Shown here: one piece after another, positions 29,175 through 39,899 of the stretch
Layout of the letters: every line of letters starts with the position of its first letter
Numbering within the stretch: position 1 is the first letter of the stretch
DNA from: an uncultured delta proteobacterium
GTDB lineage: Bacteria > Desulfobacterota > Binatia > UBA9968
Direction: 5' to 3'
Length of the DNA: 64,000 bases
NCBI GenBank assembly: GCA_963840855.1
Contig: CAWJBB010000040.1
Coordinates: 64,001 to 128,000, forward strand
Notes under the pieces: generated by a model
What the model saw: the letters and a program-made list of their open reading frames with translations, nothing else
What the model was told of the DNA's origin: nothing
The model's database searches: none
Translations under genes and position numbers: made by a program

Positions 29175-29790
29175 GTCTTGCAACTGGTGGCATAGCGTAC
29201 CATGTCCTAAACCGACGGGTTACTCGGTTGGCGCTGTTCGAAAAACCCGCAGACTATCGTGCCTTTGAGAAAATTCTCGGCGAAGCCGTCGAGCGAACCA
29301 ATATACGGATTGCGCCGTATTGTTTGATGCCGAATCACTGGCATTTGCTGTTGTGGCCGCGCGACGATGGAGAGCTTTCCGAGGTGATGCGATGGATCAC
29401 CGTAACGCATACGCAACGCTGGCATGCACACCGTCATTCGTCGGGTAGCGGGCCGGTATATCAGGGGCGATTCAAGTCTTTTCCGGTTCAGACCGACGAG
29501 CATTTTCTTACGGTCGCCAGATATGTGGAGCGTAACGCTGTGCGGCCCGGGTTAGTTGGACGGGCGGAATACTGGTAGTGGTCGAGTCTGTGGCGGTTAT
29601 CGCGGGAGAATGAAAAGTCATGTGAAATTTTGAGTCAATGGCCGATGGAGCGACCAAAGGACTGGATTCAATTCGTGAACGAGCCAGAGCGAGAATCGGA
29701 GTTAGAGGACATGCGGTCAAGCGCGCAGCGAAGCCGACCGTATGGTAGTGAAGACTGGATGATCAAGACGCCGGGAAAAAGCTAAGAATT
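29175..29790 (+). pseudogene. Degenerate RAYT transposase
   Basis: YHVLNR, YCLMPNHWHL, YQGRFKSF, RYVERN, RPYGSEDW; start lost, internal stops. Confidence 0.85.
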
Positions 29791-29827
29791 TTCGGCGAAA
29801 CCGCTGTGTTTAAGAATCGGCCACTGT

Positions 29828-30811
29828 TCAACGGTAGAGGTCGGTCGTGTGGTATTGCATTTTTTCTAATTGCAGCGCGAGCCCTTCGATTTGCTCCTGC
29901 CAATAGTGCTCGGTACCGAAGGCAGGAAACGCCATTTTGAAAGCGCTGTCTGCCCAGCGGCGCGCGATCCACGCGGAAAAGTGAATCATGCGAAGCGCCC
30001 GCAACGGCTCGATGAGCTGCATCGTCGTCATGTCGAAAGTTCTGATCTGTTCGTAGGCATCGAGCAAGATACGCCTTTGCTCTTTCCCGTAGTCATCGTC
30101 TCCGCCCGTGAGCATCCAGATGTCTTGAACGGGAGGTGCGTAGAGCGTGTCGTCGAAATCGATGAAGTACGGATCGTCTCTATTCCACAAAATATTTCCG
30201 GAGTGGCAATCCCCGTGGAGCAGAACATACTTGACGTCCTTGAAACGAGGAGTAATTGCGTCGCAGATCTGCGCTACGATCGTTTCGAAGCGACTTGCGA
30301 GTTCCATCGGAACGAAGTTTCCGTCTTTTAAGAACTTCGAAGGGTCCCGCCCATAAGTTTGAGGGTCAAGCCGTAACCGGGGGGCGGCTTTTACCGTCGC
30401 CCCGACGTTATGAAGGCGAGCCATGAACCTTCCCAGGCGCGTGAGCTGTTCCGTAGTCAGTTCCGGCTCAAGTCGCCCTGGACGCTTCGGGAAGATTGTG
30501 AACATCACTCCGCTAATTTCGAAAATACTTTGTCCCTTGTTGTCCGTGAGCGGGCAGACGATAGGAATTTCGCTTGCTTCGAGGCCCTTCAGAAAATCGT
30601 GCTCGGCCTGAATGGTGGCGCGGCTCCAGCGGCCGGGGCGGTAAAATTTGATGATGACGTGCGGGCCTTCTTCCATCTCGATGTCGTACACACGGTTTTC
30701 CAGCGCATTGAGCGCGTAGAAACGGCCCGTGCAACGCCCGCCCAATTTCTCGGCGGCGTCGAAAATGACTTCTGGAAGAATCTGCAGGAAGTTGTCTAGC
30801 ATAGCCTTCAT
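29828..30811 (-). CDS. srkA: Stress response Ser/Thr kinase SrkA/RdoA (start uncertain, ORF open to 30901)
   Basis: LNALENRVY, KFYRPGRWS, LHGDCHSGN, FIDFDD, PPVQDIWM, IEPLRALR. Confidence 0.9.
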   Translation of the reverse strand: MKAMLDNFLQILPEVIFDAAEKLGGRCTGRFYALNALENRVYDIEMEEGPHVIIKFYRPGRWSRATIQAEHDFLKGLEASEIPIVCPLTDNKGQSIFEISGVMFTIFPKRPGRLEPELTTEQLTRLGRFMARLHNVGATVKAAPRLRLDPQTYGRDPSKFLKDGNFVPMELASRFETIVAQICDAITPRFKDVKYVLLHGDCHSGNILWNRDDPYFIDFDDTLYAPPVQDIWMLTGGDDDYGKEQRRILLDAYEQIRTFDMTTMQLIEPLRALRMIHFSAWIARRWADSAFKMAFPAFGTEHYWQEQIEGLALQLEKMQYHTTDLYR

Positions 30812-31329
30812 CCTAGACGAGCGTACCCTTTTTGTATACTCCCGTTTGATGGTCGTCGTCTCCGGGGTCTGACTTTTATGGGGGGGTATGAGTTCAGACA
30901 TAACAATCTTGGTAGCAATTCAGGGCGCTGTACCGAGAACACGATACAAGTTCTGCTTGCTTGGGGCCAGGGGGCTTCAGGATTCTTGACGGCTCAATCT
31001 CTTTCGCGCTATTCGAGTATCAGCAGAAAGGCGCCCCGGTCCCCTAGGTGAGGACGGACCCTATTCTCGCGAAAGGCAACTCCGGCCGTGGGAACAAAAA
31101 GCGGTCACCATTCGAAGGCGGTGATCAAGAGGCAAGACCTTACCTGCGAGAACAAATCTCGTTATTCCCTCTTTTTCAACTCGTCGGGTCAGTGATCTCT
31201 GGTTGACGCGTCCCTGTTTTCAATCAGTCGGTGTCGGAGCCTGGTCCGTACCAGTCACCCATCAGGTTCAAGGCCATGGGAGATTTCAAAAAGTGAATTT
31301 TCCCCGCCCCTGACAAGTCTCCTTCCCCA

Positions 31330-31842
31330 TTAAGGTGTGTTCTTCCAATTCATGATGTAGCGTTCTTGTTCGCGTGTCTCAGGTGAGATTCTAGAAACCG
31401 ACTTGGGACACTGCTGCCAAAGTTCACGAAGGCGCAAAAGAGCGGATTTTCCATCGCCGCAGTTTCGCGTCAACCAGCAGCCGACGATCAGTCCGGTTCG
31501 ACCGACACCTCCCCAGCAGTGAACATAGACGGTCCTGCCCTGTGAAATGTGGGAGTCAATGGCATCAAGAATCGATACTGTTACCTTTTTCGAGCGCGGC
31601 ACCGAAATATCCCGTATCGGAAATCGTTGATAGGACACTCCCTTGTGCGCCTGGAGATATTCCTTATATGGCAGTAGCCCCTCGGTTTTCTCGGTCAGGT
31701 CAATAAAGGCAGTGACCCCTGCACCGACCAAAGCATCAATCTTCTTTCGTGAGGAGTCTGCGTCGCGGTCACGCGGATATTCGCCAGCCAAAAACTTGCT
31801 TTGAACCACCCAGTAGCAGTGCTTTATAGGTTGATTCGTCAT
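31330..31842 (-). CDS. Dual-specificity/tyrosine phosphatase family protein
   Basis: [11 protein letters not shown] (HCx5R), PETREQ. Confidence 0.9.
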   Translation of the reverse strand: MTNQPIKHCYWVVQSKFLAGEYPRDRDADSSRKKIDALVGAGVTAFIDLTEKTEGLLPYKEYLQAHKGVSYQRFPIRDISVPRSKKVTVSILDAIDSHISQGRTVYVHCWGGVGRTGLIVGCWLTRNCGDGKSALLRLRELWQQCPKSVSRISPETREQERYIMNWKNTP

Positions 31843-32475
31843 TTTGGCACGCCTCTAACCACGAGTTTTAGCAGTTTATCTGCGAAAGATTCGATTAAGG
31901 CGCGATGCGCGAGATTGTCCCGCCAAAGCTTGGGAATACTCTGCTCGCCGTAGAAAACGCCTGCTAATTGGCCGTAAATGGCGCCCGTCGTATCGGCGTC
32001 GTCTCCCAAATTGACGGCCATCAGTAACCCTTCGCGAAATGATTCGCTGCGGTGAAAGGCCCAAAGGGCGGCTTCCAGCGACTGAACGACATAACCTGTT
32101 CCACGAATTACGGGCGGGTTTCGTTTGTTGAATGATCCAGCAGCAACGGCTGCGATCTCTGGAACGAAAGCGTTTTTCTTCCAGTAGTCCTTAATTGGGC
32201 AGTAATGATTCCCCAGCAGTTCCTTTTTGCCGGCGCCGTTAATGGCACCTACGATCAGCCCACCGAAATAACGGCAAGCATCCACACATGTGGACGCACC
32301 ATGAGTAGTGCGTGAACTCTTGCCGGAAAGCTCGATCGCTTTCTTGGGATCTCGAACAAAGAACAGCGGAGCCGGTGCCAGGCGCATGAGGGATCCGTTG
32401 CCCGCGCTGGCAGGATCTGTAGATCCACAGTACGGCTTTCGGGTTTTCTCAAACCGCAACAGAGCCTCCCTCACA
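31839..32475 (-). pseudogene. ADP-ribosylglycohydrolase, N-terminus missing
   Basis: [34 protein letters not shown]; lacks N-terminal GDA/TDD motifs. Confidence 0.85.
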
Positions 32476-33113
32476 TCGCAATCGGAGTATGACCAGATTC
32501 TAAACGCATTTGGGGCTACGGAGAAAGCATACATTGAATGCGTCGAACACTTGAAAAGTCCGGGTTTCACATACGGGCAAGCGAAAACAGCTGTTCATAA
32601 ATATCGCGAGAAAAGGCAATTAGTTCGTCGTCGATACTTTTGAGAGAAGTCATTAGGGTCGAACTTTCTATTCTTGCGAATCTTGACAACTTCGCCTCAC
32701 CTCGACTAGAGCGGAATGCACGGTAAGGCGCCCGCGATTGTTTGCGGCTGACGCGGTTCAAGGTTCAATTAGGCGCGAGGCAACAGGCAAGAGTGAGAAC
32801 CGGAACGTTCAAAAGGTTCAAGCTGTTCAACCGCTCTGCTCCATTCAAGTCGTCATCGGATCAAGGCTCGTTCAAAGGTTCAAGGTAATACGCGGCCAAA
32901 TAGCCGCTCCGCTCCCAAGTAGTTCCAGTTGTTCAAGACGTTGCAATCGTCAAGACACTAAAGCAGCGCGATTACCAGGCGTATTTGGACAGGCTCGCAC
33001 GTTATCGTAGGCAATTTGACGCATGCCCAAAGATAATCGCACAGAGCATGCCAGTTGAGATGTCTTCGAAATGACTATCCGAGTTAGCGGTGCCGAACCA
33101 AAGCCGAGTGTTA

Positions 33114-33437
33114 CTAGATAAGAGCTTCCAATCCCTTACGGTCGAGGAGGTCGAGAAGCTTCAGAGACGGCCCGCTTGGCTGCTTGGCGCCGATCTCCCA
33201 TTGACGCACGGTTGAAAGACTCGTGTTTAAAACCGTCGCCAGTACCGCTTGACTGATACGGTGCCGTTGGCGCAAAGCGCGAATCTTTTTACGCGAGTAG
33301 CGCGGTATCGGAGCGAGACAGAGCGCGTCGTACTCTCGCATTCGACGTTTGCTAATGAATCCGGCCGAATGGAGATCGGCGGCCGTCTCATGAACAGCCT
33401 CTAAAATTCGACTTTTCGCTTGTGTTTTAGTTTTCAT
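33114..33437 (-). CDS. HigA-like XRE HTH antitoxin
   Basis: ISQAVLA..LNTS.STVRQWE.G.KQPSG. Confidence 0.9.
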   Translation of the reverse strand: MKTKTQAKSRILEAVHETAADLHSAGFISKRRMREYDALCLAPIPRYSRKKIRALRQRHRISQAVLATVLNTSLSTVRQWEIGAKQPSGPSLKLLDLLDRKGLEALI

Positions 33438-33804
33438 GGCATATCTCCTGCAACGTTTTTGCCGATACAGCGGCCGACAATTCAGACAGTCCGAGTCGGA
33501 GAAGATCAGAAGCAAGAGCTTTGAGCGCGCTTAACTCCTTTGCGTTGATATTGTCTCTATCGTTTTTTTCAAACCCAAATACGAAGAACCACCGATTTAC
33601 ACTGTTCGTTGCAACCAAGGTGCGTGTACTGCCCCTTTTGCCGCGACCCGGCAGCGCCACGCGTTTTTTTATGATTCCGCCGCCAAGATTGGCATCGATC
33701 AACCCTTGCTCCATCTCCTCAACACTCCTGCAAAGCGCCTCAATCGAAAGATCAGTTTTACCGAGCCATCGACTGAACTGACGCGTCATGAAAACTTGCT
33801 TCAT
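33427..33804 (-). CDS. RelE/HigB-like toxin
   Basis: GLIDANLGGGIIKKRVA..GRGKRG, FGFEKNDRDNI. Confidence 0.9.
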   Translation of the reverse strand: MKQVFMTRQFSRWLGKTDLSIEALCRSVEEMEQGLIDANLGGGIIKKRVALPGRGKRGSTRTLVATNSVNRWFFVFGFEKNDRDNINAKELSALKALASDLLRLGLSELSAAVSAKTLQEICHEN

Positions 33805-34554
33805 TATTGGTAATGTATCACTTAGTGAAATAGTTCACAAATCTTGTTTGGGGAGGGGGAAAAGGGGACGCGAACCTTTTCTTCTTGGTTTTCACCGCCG
33901 CGCAAGGAATATCTCGACGCGCGCAAACCGTTGGTGAAGCAGGTTGAAGATTTGGTCAGCAAGCACGGCGCGGGTCACATTTGTATCAGTCGAGAGAATC
34001 TTACCTTGTCGGCCGGGCGGCGTTCTTGACCAAGCTCTGCGCGGATTTCGCCGAATTCTGTCTTAGATTTCTTCGCTGGGCCTCCGTGTCTTTTGAAAAC
34101 GGCTTTCGCAGAAGCCCTATAAACGCCGATCTCGCCCTGTTTGGACCTCTAAGTACCCCTCAAAAAGGGCCGTTTGTGACTCATTCCAAGGAAGGCGTTG
34201 GAGTATTCAGGAAGGTGGAAGAAAATTGACGCGCGCTCGCCGAGCCGAAATAGCTCGTTTACGTCCGCCAAGTCGTAGCGGGTCTCTGCCAAGTCTGCTT
34301 CCGAAATGCGCAAGGCATGGGGTCAGGCATAACGACCATTACAATCTTTGGAATTCCGTCCTTTTTTCCCGCCAAACGGGTCTTTTGCTGTAGGTTGATA
34401 GCCCCGCGCTAATCGTCCATTTCCTTCCCGGCTATTTCTGGCACCGACAACAGGCATGAGGCGTGAGGCAACAGGCAACAGTAAGAAAAGAGGAACAGAA
34501 AAGGGGTCGGGAGTCTTTTCTTGACAGTCTAGATACGATGGATGCCATGTCGAA

Positions 34555-34747
34555 ATGCCGCGACGCCCTCGTCTTGCACCTGGTGGCATAGCGTTACCGT
34601 GTCCTAAACCGACGGTCAGTCGGTTGCCGCTGTTCGAAAAACCCGCAGACTATCGTGCCTTTGAGAAAATTCTCAGCGAAGCCATCGAGCGTACCAATAT
34701 ACGGATCGCGGCATATTGTTTAATGCCGAATCGCTGGTATTTGCTGC
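34555..34747 (+). pseudogene. 5' remnant of a RAYT, close copy of 29175-29350
   Basis: MPRRPRLAPGG..., YCLMPN; preceded by AAAAGGGGTCGGGAGTCTT at 34499. Confidence 0.85.
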
Positions 34748-34987
34748 TTGAGGTGTCCAGATGAAATGCCGTAGTGATCCATAGGGTGGCTCTCAATTTG
34801 ATAGACAACAGGCAAATAATAAGCGTTCAACCGCTATGCTCCGTTCAAGCCGTTCAAAGCGTCAAAGGGCTCGGTCATTCGATGCGGAAGCCGCTCCAAT
34901 TTTTCCGTCGCACCATGTCTTTCCAAACGTCAATAATGAAAATCTTTGGCTGGTGGAAGTTAAGTAACGTATGTGTTACCATTAGCC

Positions 34988-35317
34988 GTGATTGAGGTTC
35001 GTGAATATGTCTCAGAAGACGGTAGCTCTCCGTACGCGAAGTGGTTTGACAGCCTTAATGCCCAGGCGGCGGCCAAGGTGACAATAGCACTCACGAGAAT
35101 GGCACAGGGCAATTTGTCCAACGCAAAGAGCGTTGGCGGCGGGCTTCAAGAATACCGCATCGACTTCGGGCCGGGTTATCGAATCTACTTTGGTCGGGAT
35201 AGCGATGGTCTAGTGATTTTGCTCGGCGGCGGAACCAAGAAACGCCAACAAAATGACATACGGCGCGCCCAGACGCTGTGGGCCGATTACCGACGCCGAA
35301 AAAAAGAGGAGAACTGA
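34988..35317 (+). CDS. Addiction module killer protein (RelE/ParE-like)
   Basis: EYRIDFGPGYRIYFG...ILLGGGTK. Confidence 0.9.
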   Translation: MIEVREYVSEDGSSPYAKWFDSLNAQAAAKVTIALTRMAQGNLSNAKSVGGGLQEYRIDFGPGYRIYFGRDSDGLVILLGGGTKKRQQNDIRRAQTLWADYRRRKKEEN

Positions 35318-35319
35318 AA

Positions 35320-35634
35320 ATGCCGTTAACTAGAGACTTCAAAGAAACTATTCAGGAACGCGCTCGTCGCGATGCGGCGTTCCGTGAAGCGCTTTTGAAA
35401 GAGGCTGTTGACGCTTTACTCTTGGGAGACGTGGAAACAGGCAAGACTGTTTTGCGTGACTACATCAACGCCACGGTTGGTTTCGAAAAGCTCGCGATCG
35501 TCACCAAGAAGTCGCCGAAGAGCCTTATGCGCATGCTCGGCCCCAAAGGCAATCCTCAGGCTCGCAACTTCTTCGAGATCGTCGCGTACCTGCAAAAAAA
35601 AGAAGGACTGCGCCTGAAAGTGCGTGCGACGTAG
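35320..35634 (+). CDS. Addiction module antidote protein (HTH)
   Basis: MPLTRDFKET...LRDYINATVGF...KSLMRMLGPKGNP. Confidence 0.9.
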   Translation: MPLTRDFKETIQERARRDAAFREALLKEAVDALLLGDVETGKTVLRDYINATVGFEKLAIVTKKSPKSLMRMLGPKGNPQARNFFEIVAYLQKKEGLRLKVRAT

Positions 35635-35662
35635 GAAGGCGCGAGGCGCAGGATTGCGGACG

Positions 35663-35800
35663 AGCTCCTCGGAGCAAAGCTCCGAGGTATCTTTGCGAAA
35701 TTCTCCGAAGCCGTTCCACCCTCCTTCGCCAAGCCTACGGAGGGTTCTCCTCACCTTCATCCTCGCAGCAAGCTGCGAGGTATTCGGCGAAGGAGAATAA
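35663..35800. mobile_element. ~140-bp multi-hairpin element, copy 4
   Basis: Near-identical repeat. Confidence 0.85.
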
Positions 35801-35841
35801 AGCGACTATCGTAATGTGTTGACATCTGGATGAAATGGGAC

Positions 35842-35946
35842 ATGAAAATAGATTCGGAACACATTCGCTTATCGGCAAGTGATCTGAGTAATCACCTGGC
35901 ATGCAATCACCTCACATCTCTGGATCTGAGAGGCGAACGTTCCTGA
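35842..35946 (+). pseudogene. 34-aa stub homologous to the N-terminus of the downstream TM0106 protein
   Basis: MKIDSEHIRLSASDLSNHLACNHLTSLDL vs MRNISDQIVLSATDLSNFLNCRHRTALEL. Confidence 0.8.
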
Positions 35947-35973
35947 AAAGGTGCCGAGCCGAACATAGGTAAA

Positions 35974-38900
35974 ATGCGAAACATCTCAGACCAGATCGTT
36001 CTTTCGGCGACGGACCTCTCCAACTTCCTGAACTGCCGACACCGTACGGCACTGGAGCTCGGGGAGGCGTATGGCAAACGGACCCGTCCCTACTTCTACG
36101 ATCCTGTCCTTGAAGCGCTCTTTGCGCGCGGCCTGGAGCACGAGCACCAGTACGTCGAGGCTCTTGAAGGCGCCGGTCGGCGCATCGTCAATCTCGCAGA
36201 GTTCAGGGACAGAACCGAGGCGGTCGCGCGCACGGTGGATGCCATGCGCGCAGGAGCCGACGCTATCGTCCAGGGGGCGCTCGAGGATGGGAATTGGTAC
36301 GGCCGTCCAGACGTTCTGCTGAGGACTGATGTTCCCAGTGCCTTCGGCGCCTGGGCATACGAGGTCGCCGATACGAAGCTCGCGCGCGAGACGCGTGGTG
36401 GGACCATTCTTCAACTCGGGCTCTACTGCGAGATGCTGGCGCGCATTCAGGGCCGCCCGCCCGAGCGTTTCTATGTGGTCACGCCAGACACAGCCGCGCC
36501 CGTTCACGAGTATCGGGTGGACGACTACGCCGCCTATTTTCGCCTGATCCGCGGGCGGCTTGAGGAGACGGTTGGTGAGGACGACGACGTCCTTGCGGCG
36601 GCGAATTACCCAGAGCCCGTGGACCACTGCGACGTTTGCCCATGGTCGAGCGTCTGCAGTCAGAAGCGGCGAACGGACGATCACCTGTCTCTGGTGGCCG
36701 GCATCTCTCGCCTTCAGCGGAGCGAATTGGAGGCGCGCAACATCCCGACGCTTGCGGCACTCGCAGAGATGCCCTTGCCACTGAAATTCAAACCTAAGCG
36801 CGGCGCCGCAGCCACGTTCGAGCGCGTGCGCGAGCAAGCTCGCCTACAGCTCGTCGCCCGAGAGACGCAACAGCCGGTCTTCGAGATAGTCCAGCCAATC
36901 GAGCCGGAGAAAGGCCTGTGCCGGCTGCCGGAGCCGTCGCCTCGCGACCTGTTTCTGGATCTCGAAGGCGACCCATTCGCGGGCGAAGGCGGACGAGAGT
37001 ACCTCTTTGGCGTCGTGAGCCTCGGCGAGAGGGGCGAGCCGGTCTATCGAGCGTTCTGGGCGCAGACCGAGCAGGAGGAACGCGCGGCATTTGACTCGAT
37101 CATGTCCCTCATCATGGCAGCGTGGGCCAGCGATCCCGGCATGCACGTATATCACTACGCGCCATACGAGCCGTCAGCGTTCAAGCGCCTGTCCTGCCGT
37201 TACGCGGTCCGCGAACAGGACGTTGATCGCCTGCTGCGTGCCGGGCGGTTCGTGGATCTCTATCACGTCGTCCGACAGAGCCTGCGGGCCGGGGTGGAGC
37301 GCTACTCCATCAAGAACATGGAGCAGTTCTACGGCTTTACCCGCTCCGTCCCGTTGCTCGACGCAAACCGTAGCCTTCGCGTTATGGAGCAAGCACTGGA
37401 ACTCGGTCGCTTCGACATCGTCACGCCGGAGGTGCGGTCAGCGGTCGAGGGCTACAACGCCGACGACTGTTTATCGACCCTGCGACTGCGCGATTGGCTG
37501 GAAACTGAGCGCACGGGTTTGATTGGCAAAGGCATCGAAATTCCCAGACCGCCTCCGAAGGAAGCGGAAGCCTCGGAAACCCTAAACGAGCGGGAACAGC
37601 GAGTGGCGGCTTTGCGAGAGCGATTGCTCGCTGACGTGCCTGCGGAGAAATCGGAACGCACGCCGGAGCAGTGGTCACGTTGGCGGCTCGCATACCTACT
37701 CGACTGGCATCGCCGAGAAGCCAAGGCTGGCTGGTGGGAGTACTACCGTCTGGTCGAGATGCCGGAGGAAGATCTCTTCGACGAGCCGAGCGCGGTTGCC
37801 GGCCTCGAGTTTGTCGAACGCGTGGAGGTCGTGCTCAACAAGAGGACCGGTAAACCCACGGGTTCGGTCGTCGATCGCTACCGATACCCGCCTCAGGAAA
37901 TGGAGATTCGGGGCGGCGACGACGTGAAGCTGACAGACGGCGCCAAATTTGGTGATGTCGTTCAGGCAGACCGGAGCGCGCGAACGCTGGATGTCCGTAA
38001 AGGAAAGAAGCACGCCGAGACCCATCCGACAGCGCTCTTTGCACACAGTCACGTGTCGACCGAGGTCCTCGAGGATGCGATCTTTCGGACTGGCGAGCGT
38101 GTTGCCACCGGTGCCGACGCAACGCTCGTTCAGCGGCTGCTGCGTGCGGATCCTCCGATGCTTCGTACTGTTCCATTCGTCGCCCGCGATACGGAGTCGG
38201 CGGTGGACTTCGCGGTCCGTATCGCAAGCGAACTCGACAACACGGTGTTGGCTATTCAAGGTCCGCCCGGTGCTGGCAAAACCTTCACGGGCGCGCGAAT
38301 GATTTGCGCGCTCGTTGAGCAGGGAAAGCGTGTGGGCGTCACGGCAACGAGCCATAAGGTCATTCGGAACCTGCTGGACAATATCGCCACGATGTCTGCG
38401 ACGAGTGGCATCCCTACAAGACTGGCGCAGAAGGTCGGTGAGCGGGAGGAAGAATCCAATACCGGCGGCGTGGTAACCGAGGTGGAAGACAACGGGGAAG
38501 CTCTGAGGCTACTCCACGATGGCACGGCCAATATCCTTGGTGGAACCGCTTGGCTTTGGGCCAGGGAGGATTTTGCTGAGGCGGTCGATGTGTTGTTCGT
38601 TGATGAGGCGGGACAGATGTCGCTGGCCAATGTGCTCGCCGTCGCCCAAGCCGCGGGAAGCATCGTATTGCTCGGCGATCCGCAACAGCTCGAGCAGCCC
38701 AAGAAGGGGAGCCACCCCGAAGGCGTAAATGCCTCCGCGCTCCAGCACATTCTTGGCGAACACCAGACCATTCCGGCCGATCGCGGAATCTTCCTGCCGG
38801 TCACTTGGCGCCTCGCGCCGAGTATCTGTGAGTTCACTTCAGAGGTGTTCTACGAACGCCGCCTGACATCGAAGCCTGGCCTGGAAAAGCAGCAACTCAC

Positions 38901-39411
38901 TGGCGGCCCATTCACCGGGAGCGGCTTATGGGTACTCGAGGTGGACCATGACGGCAATCGCAACGCTTCTGACGAAGAGGTGGAGGCAGTCGAGGACATC
39001 GTCACGAAGTTGACGGCTCCGGGCGCACAGTGGATCGATGAGCACGGCGTCGCAAAGCAGACGACTGGCGACGAGATTCTCGTCGTCGCACCCTACAACG
39101 CGCAGGTGAGCCGTCTCTCTGACCGGCTGAAGGATACTGGCGTCAACGTCGGGACGGTAGACAAGTTTCAAGGCCAGCAGGCCCCGGTCGTGATCTACTC
39201 GATGGCGACATCGCGCCCAGAAGAAGCACCGCGTGGTCTCGAGTTTCTCTACAGCCTGAATCGCCTGAACGTCGCAACCTCGCGGGCTCAGTGTGCGGTG
39301 ATTCTTGTGGCAAGCCCACACCTGTTCGTGCCCGACTGTTCCACACCGCGACAGATGAAATTGGCCAACGCATTGTGCCGGTACCGTGAGCTGGCACAGG
39401 TTGTCGTATGA
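35974..39411 (+). CDS. TM0106-family RecB-like nuclease fused to RNase H-like and SF1 (DNA2/Upf1-like) helicase domains
   Basis: GRPDVL...VADTKL, DLEGDP, YNADDC, QGPPGAGKT, VDEAGQ, GDPQQL, TVDKFQG, NVATSRA. Confidence 0.9.
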   Translation: MRNISDQIVLSATDLSNFLNCRHRTALELGEAYGKRTRPYFYDPVLEALFARGLEHEHQYVEALEGAGRRIVNLAEFRDRTEAVARTVDAMRAGADAIVQGALEDGNWYGRPDVLLRTDVPSAFGAWAYEVADTKLARETRGGTILQLGLYCEMLARIQGRPPERFYVVTPDTAAPVHEYRVDDYAAYFRLIRGRLEETVGEDDDVLAAANYPEPVDHCDVCPWSSVCSQKRRTDDHLSLVAGISRLQRSELEARNIPTLAALAEMPLPLKFKPKRGAAATFERVREQARLQLVARETQQPVFEIVQPIEPEKGLCRLPEPSPRDLFLDLEGDPFAGEGGREYLFGVVSLGERGEPVYRAFWAQTEQEERAAFDSIMSLIMAAWASDPGMHVYHYAPYEPSAFKRLSCRYAVREQDVDRLLRAGRFVDLYHVVRQSLRAGVERYSIKNMEQFYGFTRSVPLLDANRSLRVMEQALELGRFDIVTPEVRSAVEGYNADDCLSTLRLRDWLETERTGLIGKGIEIPRPPPKEAEASETLNEREQRVAALRERLLADVPAEKSERTPEQWSRWRLAYLLDWHRREAKAGWWEYYRLVEMPEEDLFDEPSAVAGLEFVERVEVVLNKRTGKPTGSVVDRYRYPPQEMEIRGGDDVKLTDGAKFGDVVQADRSARTLDVRKGKKHAETHPTALFAHSHVSTEVLEDAIFRTGERVATGADATLVQRLLRADPPMLRTVPFVARDTESAVDFAVRIASELDNTVLAIQGPPGAGKTFTGARMICALVEQGKRVGVTATSHKVIRNLLDNIATMSATSGIPTRLAQKVGEREEESNTGGVVTEVEDNGEALRLLHDGTANILGGTAWLWAREDFAEAVDVLFVDEAGQMSLANVLAVAQAAGSIVLLGDPQQLEQPKKGSHPEGVNASALQHILGEHQTIPADRGIFLPVTWRLAPSICEFTSEVFYERRLTSKPGLEKQQLTGGPFTGSGLWVLEVDHDGNRNASDEEVEAVEDIVTKLTAPGAQWIDEHGVAKQTTGDEILVVAPYNAQVSRLSDRLKDTGVNVGTVDKFQGQQAPVVIYSMATSRPEEAPRGLEFLYSLNRLNVATSRAQCAVILVASPHLFVPDCSTPRQMKLANALCRYRELAQVVV

Positions 39412-39429
39412 TCCATGCGGAAATTAAGG

Positions 39430-39777
39430 GGACAGGCTACTTTTCCCCGTTGCGATTGCACGTTGCAATATGATAGAGGCTGCGCATGCCGAGAATCCCG
39501 TGCGGGCAACAAGCTGGCTTTGTCTATCATGTGATCAACCGAGGAAATGGTCGCGCCAGTATCTTTCATAAAGCTCAAGACTACGATGCCTTCCTTTCAA
39601 TCCTTACCTCGCGAAAGCGCGTCACCCGTTAAAATGTTTGCCAAAGACCTTTTGGCGAAACAGACTGGCAGAAGAACATAGCAAGTCAATTTGGGCTTGA
39701 AAGTACTATACGTCCACGGAGTCGACCGGTGCTAAACGAGGAAGGAGCTGAAATTTGGGAGTAAAAGTAGCCTGTCC
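39430..39777 (+). mobile_element. Internally deleted RAYT unit bounded by perfect 15-bp inverted repeats
   Basis: GGACAGGCTACTTTT, then MPRIP..YHVINRGNG, then RPFGETDW..FGLESTIRPR, then AAAAGTAGCCTGTCC. Confidence 0.8.
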
Positions 39778-39789
39778 TTTTTAAACTCC

Positions 39790-39876
39790 TTAGAAGACCT
39801 GGAGGCCGCCCTGGAACAGTTGGTCGAAATCGCCGCGGACTTGGGTGAAGGACACATGAATGCCAAAGAGAGCTAA
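39790..39876 (+). pseudogene. C-terminal remnant resembling type I R-M HsdM
   Basis: EDLEAALEQLVEIAADL matches the typical HsdM tail. Confidence 0.55.
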
Positions 39877-39899
39877 GAAGCCGAGCCCATAACCTTGAT

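Noticed and set aside
31020-31200. Possible riboswitch or ncRNA upstream of srkA
   Set aside because: Short hairpins only; no recognisable aptamer consensus
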